Positions 63,012 through 64,000 of a stretch of 64,000 nt of DNA are shown here, piece after piece. The DNA lies in contig CM082592.2 in the NCBI GenBank assembly GCA_040954595.2, positions 6,993,677 to 7,057,676 of the forward strand, given 5' to 3'. The notes below the pieces were generated by a model. That model was not told the DNA's origin. It was given only the letters and a program-made list of their open reading frames with translations, and ran no database searches. The DNA is from Balanoglossus misakiensis. Its lineage: Eukaryota; Animalia; Hemichordata. The first letter of the stretch is position 1. Each line of letters opens with the position of its first letter. The translations under genes and the position numbers were made by a program.

Positions 63012-64000
63012 GTAAGTATTTTCTTTCCAATATTGAAAAATCTGACGTGTGTCGGATCATTCTGTTGGAAAGACTGTATTTGAGTGAATTCTGACTTGAG
63101 CATTTTTTGCTGAAGCCAGAAAGTTCAGTGGGATCATTTACATTTCGCATGCGAACAACCACACCTTTTTATGGCCGTATTCCCGACGGTTTTAACGTTC
63201 GCAGTTTCTCTAGATGCCACAGAGCAGAGGAGATGAAAACGTTTGATGCGAAGCGAGAGTCTTGATCGAGGTGAACCCAACTCACCCCAATCCCCCCGGT
63301 AATTCGCTGCCGCTACAGCCGTCGTGATTGGATTTAGTTTCCCCCCGACGTTCTCCTAATTAGCCAATCGCGGGTGAATAATCGCACCGCCAAATTAGCA
63401 AGCTCGCTTCCGATTGGCCAAGACGCGGTGACCGGTGTACCCTCTGAGGAGTCGTACACCGAGGAGATATGAGTCATTTTAATTTCTGTGATGGTGAAGG
63501 CTGATAGGCACCATTAAATGTCGGTGCATCTCACCTTGGGCGCCGAGAGATAAGCTGCTACCCTCTGACTCATCTTCTGATGTCTTGCATGAGAGTGAGT
63601 TTCTTGCCTGGAAGCGCAGTTCGGCAATCAAAGAAGTGGAAAGTTGAGCTTGTGGTCTCCCTAGTCGAGTCTTGCTGTCTCTCTCTTCCCACTCAGTACA
63701 GTCATCGACCGGTACCTGTAAGATAGAAATCAATTAACCATGTTAATTAATTAAACAAACCAAAGGTGTGGTTTCTCCACAGTCGAAGGCCAGCCGGGTC
63801 ACTGAGATTAAAGGTTTTCACGGTCAGTGTGTATTGTAATGATAAACTGTGAGTTTCATTCATTTTGATACAAAAACATTGAAAAGCTTTCATTTTAGTT
63901 TTTCTGGGCCACTTGGTTTAATCTTTGCAACTGTATTTAATGCTAAAAGAGGAGCATTCATTGCCATAAAATGCATTACAAGGATACAGTGTCTGTTTAG

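Noticed and set aside
1-64000. Window-wide enrichment of TCF/LEF sites
   Set aside because: Many CTTTGWW matches exist, but a degenerate 7-mer is expected dozens of times in 64 kb of AT-rich DNA. No enrichment can be claimed without computation.
1-64000. CRISPR arrays, operons, rRNA, intact transposase or reverse transcriptase genes
   Set aside because: No regularly spaced repeats, long ORFs or catalytic motifs were seen. The window is spliceosomal-intron-containing animal DNA.

Overview
Animal genomic DNA, not prokaryotic. It is most likely an invertebrate deuterostome such as a hemichordate; this is an inference from gene content and repeat style. Two intron-containing developmental genes are arranged head-to-head, with about 21 kb between their start codons. 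(1) On the minus strand is a T-box transcription factor, best assigned to the Tbx6/16 (VegT/spadetail/Dorsocross) subfamily. Seven coding exons splice in frame (22779-22638, 22530-22323, 15306-15039, 10084-9938, 6463-6396, 3558-3497, 629 to the window edge). It carries an N-terminal eh1 Groucho-binding motif, and its 7-kb second intron is a non-canonical GC-AG intron. (2) On the plus strand are the first two coding exons (43828-44022, 62886-63011) of a ZNRF3/RNF43-type transmembrane E3 ligase, a Wnt feedback inhibitor. A uORF precedes it, with a stop codon overlapping the tandem ATGATG start. The rest is non-coding: candidate enhancers and promoters, microsatellites, many poly-G/C runs, an over-represented TACATGTA octamer, several tiny inverted-repeat elements (one only 36 bp with a perfect 9-bp target-site duplication), and a possible decayed Costars/ABRACL-like remnant nested in a T-box intron. 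Nearly all supplied six-frame ORFs are spurious. No rRNA, tRNA, CRISPR array or intact transposase was found.
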